Below are positions 22,556-31,026 of a DNA stretch of 32,931 nucleotides, one piece after another. How positions within the stretch are numbered: the first letter of the stretch is position 1; the number at the start of each line of letters is the position of its first letter. Source of the DNA: Gemmatimonadaceae bacterium. Lineage in GTDB: Bacteria > Gemmatimonadota > Gemmatimonadetes > Gemmatimonadales > Gemmatimonadaceae. Position numbers and translations under genes: made by a program. The stretch covers positions 1 to 32,931 of the forward strand of contig JANPKQ010000182.1 of NCBI GenBank assembly GCA_031426115.1, written 5' to 3'. The notes beneath the pieces are model-generated. The model was given only the letters and a program-made list of their open reading frames with translations. It made no database searches and was not told the origin of the DNA.

Positions 22556-23293
22556 GTGATCGAAGTCAACCAGCTCACGAAGCTCTACGGCGACCTCACC
22601 GCCGTCGATGGGCTGTCGTTCAGCGTCGCGCCCGGAGAGATCCTCGGACTCGTGGGCCCCAACGGTGCCGGGAAGACCACCACCCTGACGAGCCTCGCGG
22701 GGATCATCATCCCGACCAGTGGGACGATCCGGATCGGAGGCCACGACATCGCGCGCGAGGGAGTGAGCGCGAAGTCCCGGCTCGCGTTCATTCCGGATGA
22801 GCCGCACCTCTTCGACTACCTCACGGTGGAGGAGCATCTGCGTTTCGTCGGACGGCTGTACCGCGTGCCCGACGCGCCCGAGCGCATTCCGCCTCTCCTG
22901 CAGGAGCTCGAGCTGACGGAGAAGACCAAGGCGCTGCCCGGGGAGCTGTCGCGCGGCATGCGGCAGAAGCTCGCGATCGCGTGTGGCCTCATCCACTCGC
23001 CGACCGCCGTCATCCTCGACGAGCCGCTCACGGGACTCGATCCCGCAGGCATCCGGAAGATGAAGTCCACGATCTCCGCGCGCGCGCGCGCCGGCGCCGC
23101 CGTAATCCTGAGCTCGCACCTCCTCCACCTCGTCGAGGAGCTGTGCACGCGGCTGCTCGTCATCAAGCGCGGACGGGTCGTCGCCCTCGGGACCATCGCG
23201 GAGATCATCGCGGTGCGGCCGGAGCTCACCGGGCTCGGACTCGAGGATGTATTTCTAGCGCTCACAGGCGAACCGGGAGAAGCGCTTCGGTGA
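22556..23293 (+). CDS. ABC transporter ATP-binding protein
   Basis: Walker A GPNGAGKTT, signature LSRGMRQKLAIA, Walker B ILDEP. In-frame GTG at 22556 (VIEVNQLTKLYGD). Confidence 0.88.
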   Translation: MIEVNQLTKLYGDLTAVDGLSFSVAPGEILGLVGPNGAGKTTTLTSLAGIIIPTSGTIRIGGHDIAREGVSAKSRLAFIPDEPHLFDYLTVEEHLRFVGRLYRVPDAPERIPPLLQELELTEKTKALPGELSRGMRQKLAIACGLIHSPTAVILDEPLTGLDPAGIRKMKSTISARARAGAAVILSSHLLHLVEELCTRLLVIKRGRVVALGTIAEIIAVRPELTGLGLEDVFLALTGEPGEALR

Positions 23294-25041
23294 GCGAGGC
23301 CCGCGCGGTGTTCGGCGTCTTCGCGTACCTCACGACGACGTCGATGAGGAACCGCTTTCGCGCGAAGGTGAAGCAGCTGAAGAACCCGCGATACTCGGTC
23401 GCGCTGCTCTTCGGGGTCGCGTACATCTGGTTCTTCCTCTTTCGTCCGCCGGGCGCGGGATCCGCGCGGCCCAACCTGTTCGGAAGTGCCAACATCCAGC
23501 TCATCGCATCGCTCGGGGTGTTCATCCTCTTCATGCGCTGGTGGCTCTTCGGCAACGACCGCTCGGCGCTCGCCTTCAGCCCCGCGGAGATCCAGTTTCT
23601 CTTCCCCGCACCCATCACGCGCCGGGCGCTGATCCAGTTCAAGCTGCTGCGGAGCCAGATTGCGATCGTCTTCAACGCGATTCTCTGGGTGCTCATCTTC
23701 GGCCGCGGTGGTGCGGAGTTGCCAGCCGTGCTCCGGGTGATGTCGGTCTGGGCGATGCTGAGCATCTTCACCCTGCATCGCCTCGGCGCGACGATCGTAC
23801 GCGCGTCGACGACGCAGCACGGGAAGGCGGGAGCCCGGCGCAACGTCGTGGCGCTCATCGTCTTCGGCGCGGTCGCCGCGGGCCTCATCTGGACGGCGAT
23901 CACCGGCTACTCGAGCGTGCGCAATGCGTCCGGCATCAGGCAGGTGACCGAGGCGATCACGACGCTGCTGCGCCAGCCCGTGCCGCACGCGCTGCTCGCG
24001 CCCTTCCGGGTGCTGCTGGCTCCGACCTTTGCCAACACCATCGCCGACTGGGCGCCGAAGTTCGCCATTGTCGTCGTCGGCCTGGCGCTCCACTACGTCT
24101 GGGTGCTGCGCACCGAGCTGGCGTTCGAGGACGCGGCGGTCGAAGCATCGGCGGCCCGGGCCAAGCGCATCGAGGCGATGAAGGCGCGCCGCTCGGGCAA
24201 CGCGGCGCCGGTGCGCGCCGGCAACCGCACCTGGATCCCCCTCGCGCCCAGCGGACATCCGGCGATGGCGATCCTGTGGAAGAACATCCTCGCGCTATCG
24301 CGAACCTCCGGGTCATCGATGGTGGGTGTGATGGTCATCATCTCGACCTTCGTCATCATGGCGGTCTTCATCTCCTCCCAGGGACGAACCGGCTTCGCGT
24401 CGCTCCTCGGCTACTTCGCCCTGGCGATGATGGGATTCAGCGTCCTCGTCGGCGCCCGCTTCGTCCGGATCGACCTGCGACAGGACCTCGTCCACCTTCG
24501 ACTGCTGCGCACCTATCCCATCGACGGGTCCGCGCTCGTCGCCGCCGAAATCGCCGGCTCGACGATCGTGCTGACGGCAATCCAGATGGGCCTCCTGCTC
24601 TTCGCCCACGTCGCGCTCCTCTCCGCGCCCGAGGTGCCGCTGGATCCATGGTCGCGTTGGCTGATTGTCGCAGCGGCACCACTGGCCCTGCTCGTGTTCA
24701 ACGCCGCCACGGTCACGATCCAGAACGGCGCCGCCCTGCTCTTCCCCGCGTGGGTGAAGCTCGGCACGGCGAAGAGCGGCGGTATCGAGGTGCTCGGCCA
24801 GAGCCTCCTGACGATGGCCGCGTCGCTCGCGGCGCTCGCGCTCGCGCTGGTCCCGCCAGCGATCGCCGGGGGCGCGACATTCCTCGCGGTGACGACGGTG
24901 TTCGACGGAACCGCCATTGCCGGCGCCGCGGCGGGATGCGCGATCGGTGTTCTGGCGCTCGGAATCGAGGTCGCCATGGCGATGATGATGCTCGGCGAGG
25001 TGTTCGAGCGAGGAGAGATGGTCGGGGTCCCCGCGCCCTAG
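23290..25041 (+). CDS. Polytopic membrane protein, putative ABC-exporter permease partner
   Basis: Its GTG overlaps the ABC stop (GTGA). About 580 aa with at least 10 hydrophobic helices and no ATPase motifs. The architecture resembles the 'putative ABC exporter' family. Confidence 0.55.
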   Translation: MSEARAVFGVFAYLTTTSMRNRFRAKVKQLKNPRYSVALLFGVAYIWFFLFRPPGAGSARPNLFGSANIQLIASLGVFILFMRWWLFGNDRSALAFSPAEIQFLFPAPITRRALIQFKLLRSQIAIVFNAILWVLIFGRGGAELPAVLRVMSVWAMLSIFTLHRLGATIVRASTTQHGKAGARRNVVALIVFGAVAAGLIWTAITGYSSVRNASGIRQVTEAITTLLRQPVPHALLAPFRVLLAPTFANTIADWAPKFAIVVVGLALHYVWVLRTELAFEDAAVEASAARAKRIEAMKARRSGNAAPVRAGNRTWIPLAPSGHPAMAILWKNILALSRTSGSSMVGVMVIISTFVIMAVFISSQGRTGFASLLGYFALAMMGFSVLVGARFVRIDLRQDLVHLRLLRTYPIDGSALVAAEIAGSTIVLTAIQMGLLLFAHVALLSAPEVPLDPWSRWLIVAAAPLALLVFNAATVTIQNGAALLFPAWVKLGTAKSGGIEVLGQSLLTMAASLAALALALVPPAIAGGATFLAVTTVFDGTAIAGAAAGCAIGVLALGIEVAMAMMMLGEVFERGEMVGVPAP

Positions 25042-25093
25042 GGCGCGCCCGCGCGCTGCCGGGCTCGCGGAGTTGGGGATCGGAGGACATCCT

Positions 25094-25489
25094 ATGACCA
25101 TGGCCAAGACTCCTTCAGCGCCGGCGCATCCGAACATCGGACCGCGCGGCTGCCAACGTCGCAAGGGAATGTCCTGGGTGTGGCTTGCGCTCGCCGTCGT
25201 GCTCATCGGCGTCCTTGCCTGGCGTGACGCACCACCTCTCTGGTATTCGCTCACCGCGATCCCGTTCCTGTTCGCATCGCTCGGCGTCTTCCAGGCGCGC
25301 GAGCAGACGTGCGTGTTCCTCGCCGGTGTCGGGAGCCGGGACCTGGACGCAGGGGCCGAGCGCGTGACCGATCCGCAGGTGCTTTCCGTCATGCGCCAGC
25401 GGGCGATGGTCGTGTGGCTGCGCGCGACGCTCGCCACGATCGGGCTCGCCGGTTTCACGGTGCTCATCGCGCTCGCGCGCCAGGGATGA
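25094..25489 (+). CDS. Small hypothetical membrane protein (2-3 TM helices)
   Basis: High GC3. It lies between the permease and the kinase, and its stop overlaps the kinase start (ATGA). The start is uncertain (25073, 25094 or 25171). Confidence 0.4.
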   Translation: MTMAKTPSAPAHPNIGPRGCQRRKGMSWVWLALAVVLIGVLAWRDAPPLWYSLTAIPFLFASLGVFQAREQTCVFLAGVGSRDLDAGAERVTDPQVLSVMRQRAMVVWLRATLATIGLAGFTVLIALARQG

Positions 25490-26862
25490 CGACGCTGCCT
25501 CACATCGCGCCCGATCGGCTGTCGCTCGATACCGGGGAGCATTGGAGTGGCCTCGCGATGGGCGCGGACGACGCAGGGAGCGCAGGGGAGCATGACCCTG
25601 CTCGCCAGCTGCTCGCGCTCCAGCGGGAGCGCGCGGAGCGGCAGCTCAACGCCGTGCGAGGCACCGTCCTGCTGCTGCTCGCGGCGGCGGCGCTCGTCTA
25701 CGCACCGAGCCTGACACCCGGGCTCAACCGGGCGAACGTGCTCGTTCTCGTTCCTTCGCTATCCTGGACGATCGCGCAGTACGCGCTGTTCTACCGGCGC
25801 GCCCGCCTGCCGGGGTGGCTCGCGATCGTGAACCCGCTCGTCGATGTCGCGGGCGTCACTGCGATCATGGCCGCGTACGCGCTCCAGCAATCCGCGGCGC
25901 TCGCGCTCGGTTCGCCGATCTTCCTCGCCTACTTCGCGATTCTCGCTGCTCGCCCAATCGCATCATCCACCTTCAAGGCCGCCGCCGTCGCCGCCCTGAC
26001 CGTGCTCGCCTATGCAGCGCTGCTCTGGTTCCTCATCACGAGCGGACGCGTGGAGGTCGTGGCGAATCCGGTGAGCGCGATGACCGGAGGCGCGATCTCA
26101 TCGCTCGACGAGGGGGCGAAGCTCCTGCTGCTCGCGGTCGCGGGCGCGATCGCGACGTACGCGACGGCGTGGCACGAACGCGTCGCGACGAGCTACTACC
26201 GCGAGAGCGGGACGAGGGCTCGGCTCGAGACGCGTCTGGCGCGCGCGCAGCTCCAGAGCCTCAAGCTGCAGATGCATCCGCATTTTCTCTTCAACACCCT
26301 CAACAGCATCACGACGCTCATCACCGAGGACCCGCTGGCGGCCGAGCGAATGGTGACCGGGCTGAGCGAGCTGTTGCGCATCTCGCTGCGAACCGCGAGC
26401 GAGCAGGAGGTGCCTCTCGAGCGAGAGCTGGAGGTGCTGCGCCACTATCTCACGATCCAGGAGATCCGGTTTCACGACCGGTTGTCGGTGGCACTCGACG
26501 TCGATCCTGACACGCTCCACGCGATGGTGCCGAATCTGATCCTGCAGCCTCTCGTGGAGAATGCGATTCGGCACGGCATCGGCCCGCGCGCGACCGGCGG
26601 CTCGATCGAGGTGCGTGTCACGCGGGTTGGCGACAAGCTACGCATGCGCGTGCACGACGATGGCGTCGGAACCCCCGCCGACGCGATGCCGGTTCGCGAA
26701 GGGACGGGCATCGGCAACACTCGCGCGCGACTGGGCCATCTCTACGGCACGCGCCACCGCTTCGAGATCGGTGGCGCGCCGGGCGCGGGGTTCACGGTGA
26801 TGGCGGAGATCCCGTACCGGGTGGCGTCCGAGGTAGACGGGGACGCTTCCCAACCGGCCTAG
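25486..26862 (+). CDS. LytS/YehU-type sensor histidine kinase (polytopic N-terminal region, His_kinase HPHFLFNTLN box, HATPase_c)
   Basis: Contains LQMHPHFLFNTLNSITTLI and LILQPLVENAIRHG, plus a G-box. No response regulator gene is adjacent. Confidence 0.85.
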   Translation: MTTLPHIAPDRLSLDTGEHWSGLAMGADDAGSAGEHDPARQLLALQRERAERQLNAVRGTVLLLLAAAALVYAPSLTPGLNRANVLVLVPSLSWTIAQYALFYRRARLPGWLAIVNPLVDVAGVTAIMAAYALQQSAALALGSPIFLAYFAILAARPIASSTFKAAAVAALTVLAYAALLWFLITSGRVEVVANPVSAMTGGAISSLDEGAKLLLLAVAGAIATYATAWHERVATSYYRESGTRARLETRLARAQLQSLKLQMHPHFLFNTLNSITTLITEDPLAAERMVTGLSELLRISLRTASEQEVPLERELEVLRHYLTIQEIRFHDRLSVALDVDPDTLHAMVPNLILQPLVENAIRHGIGPRATGGSIEVRVTRVGDKLRMRVHDDGVGTPADAMPVREGTGIGNTRARLGHLYGTRHRFEIGGAPGAGFTVMAEIPYRVASEVDGDASQPA

Positions 26863-26877
26863 CGGTGGATCGAGGGA

Positions 26878-28662
26878 CTACTTCCGCGCTCGCTCCGGTC
26901 GCGTCTCGTCCGCATCGGTTCGGGGCGTCAACGCCGTGACGGCGGGTGCCGCGACGCCATCGCCCGATACGACGCCGCTTCCCCGCACTTCGACATCGGC
27001 GCCGTTGCCCTCAGGGTTCAGCTTGCCGAAGTAGCCCGGCAGCTCCACACCGGCGATATCGCGAAGCACGCTCATCATCGGAGGAAGGGTGTTGGCCATG
27101 TTCTGGAGGAACCCCGACGTTCCGCCTCCCTGCCCGCCCCCGTCCCAGACAACGATCTTGTCGAACTTGATGTTCGAGATGGCCTTCGCCGACGTCTCGG
27201 CGAGCGTGTCGAGGTGCTCGATCATCATGAGCTGGAAGGCCTCCTTCGCGCCGCCGCACGCCTGCACAACTTCGCGCAGCGCATCGGCCTTCTTCGCGAG
27301 GATCTCGTACTCGCCACGCGCCTGCGCCTCCAGCTTCATGTAGATCGCGGCCGCATCGGCCTCGGCGGCAATGCGAACGCTCTGCGCCGCGGCCTCGGCC
27401 TGAACGATCGTGCGCGCCTTCTCGGCCTTCGCCGGCGCCTCGACCTCGGCACGTCGCTCCGCTTCGACGCGCTCGGCATCGGCGATTGCCGCGCGAGCCA
27501 TCGCGCGGTTCTGCGCTTCCTGGACGTATGCCTCGGCCTCGCGCTTCTTCGTCTCCGACAGTTGATAGGCTTCGGCCTCGCGAACCTGGAGCTGCGCGCG
27601 GGTTGCCGCGATCAGTCCCTGAGACTCCGCCTCACCTTCGATGGCCTTCGCCTCGGCGCTCGCGACGAGAATGCGCTTCTTCTGCTCGGCGTCCTTGATC
27701 TGCGACTCGCGCTCGAACGCGGCGCGCTGCTCACCGATGCGCTGCTCCTTGTCGAGCTCCGCGACGCGGACCGCCTGGGTGCGCTGACCTTCCTTGATCT
27801 GCGCGTCGCGCTCGAAGACCGCCATCTGCTCGCCGACCTTCTGCTCCTTGTCGAGCTCCGCCACGCGCACGGCCTTTTCCCGGTCGGCCTCGCGCATGCC
27901 GATCTCGCGGAACTTCATCGCGTTCGCGACCTGCACGATACGCTCGCGGTCCGCCTCGGCCACACGCACCTCGCCGAGCTTCTCCTGCTCGGCCACATCG
28001 CCGCGCGCCTGCTGCACGGCGGTGGACGCCGCCTTCTTCCCGATCGCCTCGATGTAGCCGGAGTCGTCGCGGAGGTCGGTGATGTTCACGTTGATGAGGA
28101 CGAGCCCGATCTTCTTGAGCTCCGGCTCGAGCGACTGCTGCACGCGGTGAAGGAACGCATCGCGATCCTTGTTGATCTCCTCGATGCGCATCGACGCGAT
28201 GACCTGACGTAGCTGGCCGAAGATGATGTCCTGTGCCTGCCGCTTGATCTGGTCGTGGGTGAGGCTCAGCAGGCGGATCGCCGCGTTTTGCCTGACTTCT
28301 GCCTCCGTGCCGATGGCGACGGTAAACACGCTCGGAACGGCAACGCGGATGTTCTCGAAGGAGAGCGCGTCCTTGAGCGGAATGTCGATCTGGATCGGCT
28401 CGAGGCCGAGATAGGCGTATTCCTGGATTACCGGCCAGACGAAGGCACCGCCGCCGGAGATGCACTTCGCGCTCTCGCCGCCGCCGACCCGTCCGGAGAT
28501 CACCAGCACCTTGTTCGACGGACAGCGCTTGTAGCGTGCGACGAACAGGAAGAGCAGGCTGAGGAAGATGACGACAGCGAGCGCGGGGCCCGCGATTGCC
28601 CACATCGGAATCCCGACGACGGAATCGGGAGTGATCTGGAACAGGAAGAGATCAAACGACAT
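26878..28662 (-). CDS. Flotillin-family (SPFH/band-7) protein with a long EA-rich coiled-coil region
   Basis: Start MSFDLFLFQITPDS, N-terminal TM helix, SPFH domain, then a repetitive region with AEAK/EAE repeats (YqiK/FloT-like). The ORF extends to 28698. Confidence 0.88.
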   Translation of the reverse strand: MSFDLFLFQITPDSVVGIPMWAIAGPALAVVIFLSLLFLFVARYKRCPSNKVLVISGRVGGGESAKCISGGGAFVWPVIQEYAYLGLEPIQIDIPLKDALSFENIRVAVPSVFTVAIGTEAEVRQNAAIRLLSLTHDQIKRQAQDIIFGQLRQVIASMRIEEINKDRDAFLHRVQQSLEPELKKIGLVLINVNITDLRDDSGYIEAIGKKAASTAVQQARGDVAEQEKLGEVRVAEADRERIVQVANAMKFREIGMREADREKAVRVAELDKEQKVGEQMAVFERDAQIKEGQRTQAVRVAELDKEQRIGEQRAAFERESQIKDAEQKKRILVASAEAKAIEGEAESQGLIAATRAQLQVREAEAYQLSETKKREAEAYVQEAQNRAMARAAIADAERVEAERRAEVEAPAKAEKARTIVQAEAAAQSVRIAAEADAAAIYMKLEAQARGEYEILAKKADALREVVQACGGAKEAFQLMMIEHLDTLAETSAKAISNIKFDKIVVWDGGGQGGGTSGFLQNMANTLPPMMSVLRDIAGVELPGYFGKLNPEGNGADVEVRGSGVVSGDGVAAPAVTALTPRTDADETRPERARK

Positions 28663-29224
28663 TGGACAGCTCCTTCGTGATTGGGTCGGGAACCACATCG
28701 ACCGTATCGGGCCCGACGACGTCCACGACCAGAATTGGTGCGCCCGTCGGCAGTGCGGCCTGGGATGTCACGGCCTGGTATTCGACGGTGCGGTTCTGGA
28801 GGGTGAGGATCACTTTCCCGGCTCCCTTCCGGTCGCCGGGGATCGCGAGGTACACGGTGCCGGTCGCTCCGACGGCCCCATCGATCAGCACCGAGCCATC
28901 GTCCTCGAGCCGCAGCATCCAGCGTGTCACCAGGGCCGTGCCGATCGTCGCGCCGAGTCCGAGCACGATCCCGAGCGGGAGCGCTGCCAGGAGTCCGAGC
29001 CCGGTCGCCAGCCCCGCCATGCCGCCGACACCGAAGAAGCCCAGGCCCGCCGAGATGGCGCGGACGCTGAGAAGGTTCAATCCTTCGGCTGCACCGTGAC
29101 CCACGTGGCCGTCGTGGTGGTGGACATCGACATCGTGATGGGCGATGCCGAGCACGCCGAGGATCAGCTGCACCACAAGGATGGCGCCGCCGAGGATTGC
29201 GCAGGTAACGAAGAAGGTCTGCAT
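28652..29224 (-). CDS. NfeD-like/YqiJ-family membrane protein (flotillin partner)
   Basis: MQTFFVTCAILGGAILVVQLILGVLG, then the His-rich segment HHDVDVHHHDGHVGHG, then a C-terminal OB-fold-like region. It overlaps the flotillin start by 11 nt. Confidence 0.65.
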   Translation of the reverse strand: MQTFFVTCAILGGAILVVQLILGVLGIAHHDVDVHHHDGHVGHGAAEGLNLLSVRAISAGLGFFGVGGMAGLATGLGLLAALPLGIVLGLGATIGTALVTRWMLRLEDDGSVLIDGAVGATGTVYLAIPGDRKGAGKVILTLQNRTVEYQAVTSQAALPTGAPILVVDVVGPDTVDVVPDPITKELSNVV

Positions 29225-29365
29225 GGCAAACAGAAGATGCGAACGGCGCAGGGGGGCCGCTAGGAGCGTCCGTGTCTCTTCGTTGCCTCGTTCGCGCAGG
29301 GGACCGGAGGCTTCACGGCTGCCAACTCTCGATGCCTGTGCCAGTTGCACCCACCTGATGCGACG

Positions 29366-29398
29366 CAGGGCGAACGACGGTCACTGTCGTTCGCCCTG
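29366..29398 (-). terminator. Hairpin cagggcgaacgac-N7-gtcgttcgccctg (13-bp perfect stem) 20 nt downstream of the VOC gene stop
   Basis: Read directly. It separates the VOC gene from the NfeD/flotillin pair. Confidence 0.5.
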
Positions 29399-29418
29399 TC
29401 CAACCACACAGGGTGCTG

Positions 29419-29880
29419 TCAGCCGTTGATCGCGCTCGGGTCCATCCAGAACACTTCCCAGTGGTGGCCGTCGAGGTCATAGAAGCTTCGCACGAACATG
29501 AAGCCCTGATCCTGCGGATCTGCGGCTTCCGATGCGCCGGCGGCGAGTGCCTTCGCCAGCATCGCGTGGACTTCCTCGCGGCTGTCCACGGAGATCGCGA
29601 AGATCGCGTTCGTCTCGGTACGCGCGTCGCCCACCGGACGCTTGCTGAAGCCGCCGAAGCGCTCCCGGTCGAGGAGCATGAAGTAGGCGTCCTCGCCGAC
29701 GAGCATGCAGGTCGCGCTCGCGTCGGTGAACTGCTGGTTGAACACGAAGTCGAGCGCCTCGAAGAAGCGGATCGAGCGCTGAAGGTCGCTCACCGGGATG
29801 TTGACGAACAGCTTGCGCGGCGTCGTCGGGCGAGTGCCGGCGTTGGTGATGGTCGGGGCGGTTGTCTCGGTCGTGGACAT
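29419..29880 (-). CDS. VOC-family (glyoxalase/bleomycin-resistance-like) protein
   Basis: Contains KLFVNIPVSDLQRSIRFFEALDF...GHHWEVFWMDP. 153 aa. Confidence 0.75.
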   Translation of the reverse strand: MSTTETTAPTITNAGTRPTTPRKLFVNIPVSDLQRSIRFFEALDFVFNQQFTDASATCMLVGEDAYFMLLDRERFGGFSKRPVGDARTETNAIFAISVDSREEVHAMLAKALAAGASEAADPQDQGFMFVRSFYDLDGHHWEVFWMDPSAING

Positions 29881-29910
29881 TGGAGGATTCCGGTTATGTG
29901 GTGAACGGGA

Positions 29911-30243
29911 TCAGCGAGCGGAGCGAAGCAGCGCGCGAACGCGGGCGTCGCGCAGGTAGAGGCCGCCCCAGATGAACGCGGCGACGTAGATCGGGAAGAG
30001 GATGTGTGAGAAGAGCGGATTGTCGATGCGCAGGTGCGTCGCGATCGCGCCGCCGAGGTAGCCGGTCCAGAGGATCGCGCCGAGCGGCGCGGTGCGCGGG
30101 ATGAGGTAGAGCGCGAGGCAGACCAACTGGATCGCGCCGAGGATGGGCAGGTGGTGCGGGGACCAGCCGAGCTGGGTCGTGCCGTCTATTGCTTCCTTCG
30201 CGCCGCTGAATTTCATCGCCAGGTCGAAGATGAGGAAGAGCAC
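29911..30243 (-). CDS. DoxX-like family membrane protein, apparently 5'-truncated at the MITE copy 3 boundary
   Basis: KFSGAKEAIDGTTQLGWSPHHLPILGAIQLVCLALYLIP...YLGGAIATHL matches the DoxX-like loop through TM2-TM4. The first TM helix is missing. The ORF opens with GTG at 30243, and an in-frame TAA lies 6 nt upstream inside the MITE terminus. Confidence 0.55.
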   Translation of the reverse strand: MLFLIFDLAMKFSGAKEAIDGTTQLGWSPHHLPILGAIQLVCLALYLIPRTAPLGAILWTGYLGGAIATHLRIDNPLFSHILFPIYVAAFIWGGLYLRDARVRALLRSAR

Positions 30244-30251
30244 GGCGTTTT

Positions 30252-30558
30252 ACTGACCGCGGCTACGTACTGAACTTCACTGCTTACTGCGCACGCACTG
30301 CGTACGGGCTACTGCGCACGGGTGCATGAGGGCGTCACGGGCGGCAGTGCGTGGTTGTTCGCAGTCCCAGTAGCTTCCCGCCGAAAAGCGCAACAGCACA
30401 CCGGGCGCCCGCTCCTTCTCGGCCGGTTGCCCGGATTCCTCCCAACGCCCCGCCGTTCCGCCTGCCGTGCCCGTCCCGCTCTGGCGGTGGGTACTCGGTA
30501 CCCGGTACGAAGTGCGTGCGCAGTACGCAATGCCGGTCCGTTCGTAGTCGCGGTCAGT
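30252..30558. mobile_element. MITE-like element, copy 3 (307 bp; about 95% identical to copy 1 internally)
   Basis: tactgaccgcggctacgtactgaacttcactgcttactgcgcacgcactgcgtac ... gtacgaagtgcgtgcgcagtacgcaatgccggtccgttcgtagtcgcggtcagt. Confidence 0.8.
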
Positions 30559-30597
30559 CGAAGGCTGAAGGCTGGCAGCTGACTACCTGTCCCGGGC

Positions 30598-31026
30598 CTA
30601 TGCGGTGAGCTGCATCGGGAGGCCGAAGCGGGGAAACAGTGTTTCGACATCGAGGTACGACGTCATGCTCCGGATCCGGTCGCCCTCGATGTCCAGCATC
30701 AGCAGGGCCCACGCTGTCTTGCCGCCGTCCCGATACTGCGCAAAGGCGGGAGTGCCGCCAGACGCCGCCACCGGGACGAGCCTGGAGCCTCTGCAACCGA
30801 TGCCGAAGGTGAGGAGCCATCTCGCGATGGACTCGTGGCCGACGGAGCCGAGCATGCGGTAGCAGTGGCCGGTAAGGGCGGGTCGGCACTGCTCGGGAGG
30901 GCGGCGACATGCGTCTACGATGTCATCGCCGCGGCGTGTGCACCATGGGCGCAGGCGGGATTGTATGATTCCCTGCAGTCGCACGCCGCGGCCGGCAAGG
31001 CGGACCCACGCAACCTCGGAGTATTG
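30598..31026 (-). pseudogene. Gene fragment, C-terminal about 140 codons. It resembles the SnoaL/NTF2-like C-terminal extension of ECF sigma factors and ends ...LDVETLFPRFGLP
   Basis: High GC3 in the minus frame through about 31026. The annotated ORF (to 31275) overlaps the well-supported terB-family CDS on the opposite strand, so the N-terminus cannot be intact. There is no sigma2/sigma4 sequence. Confidence 0.3.
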
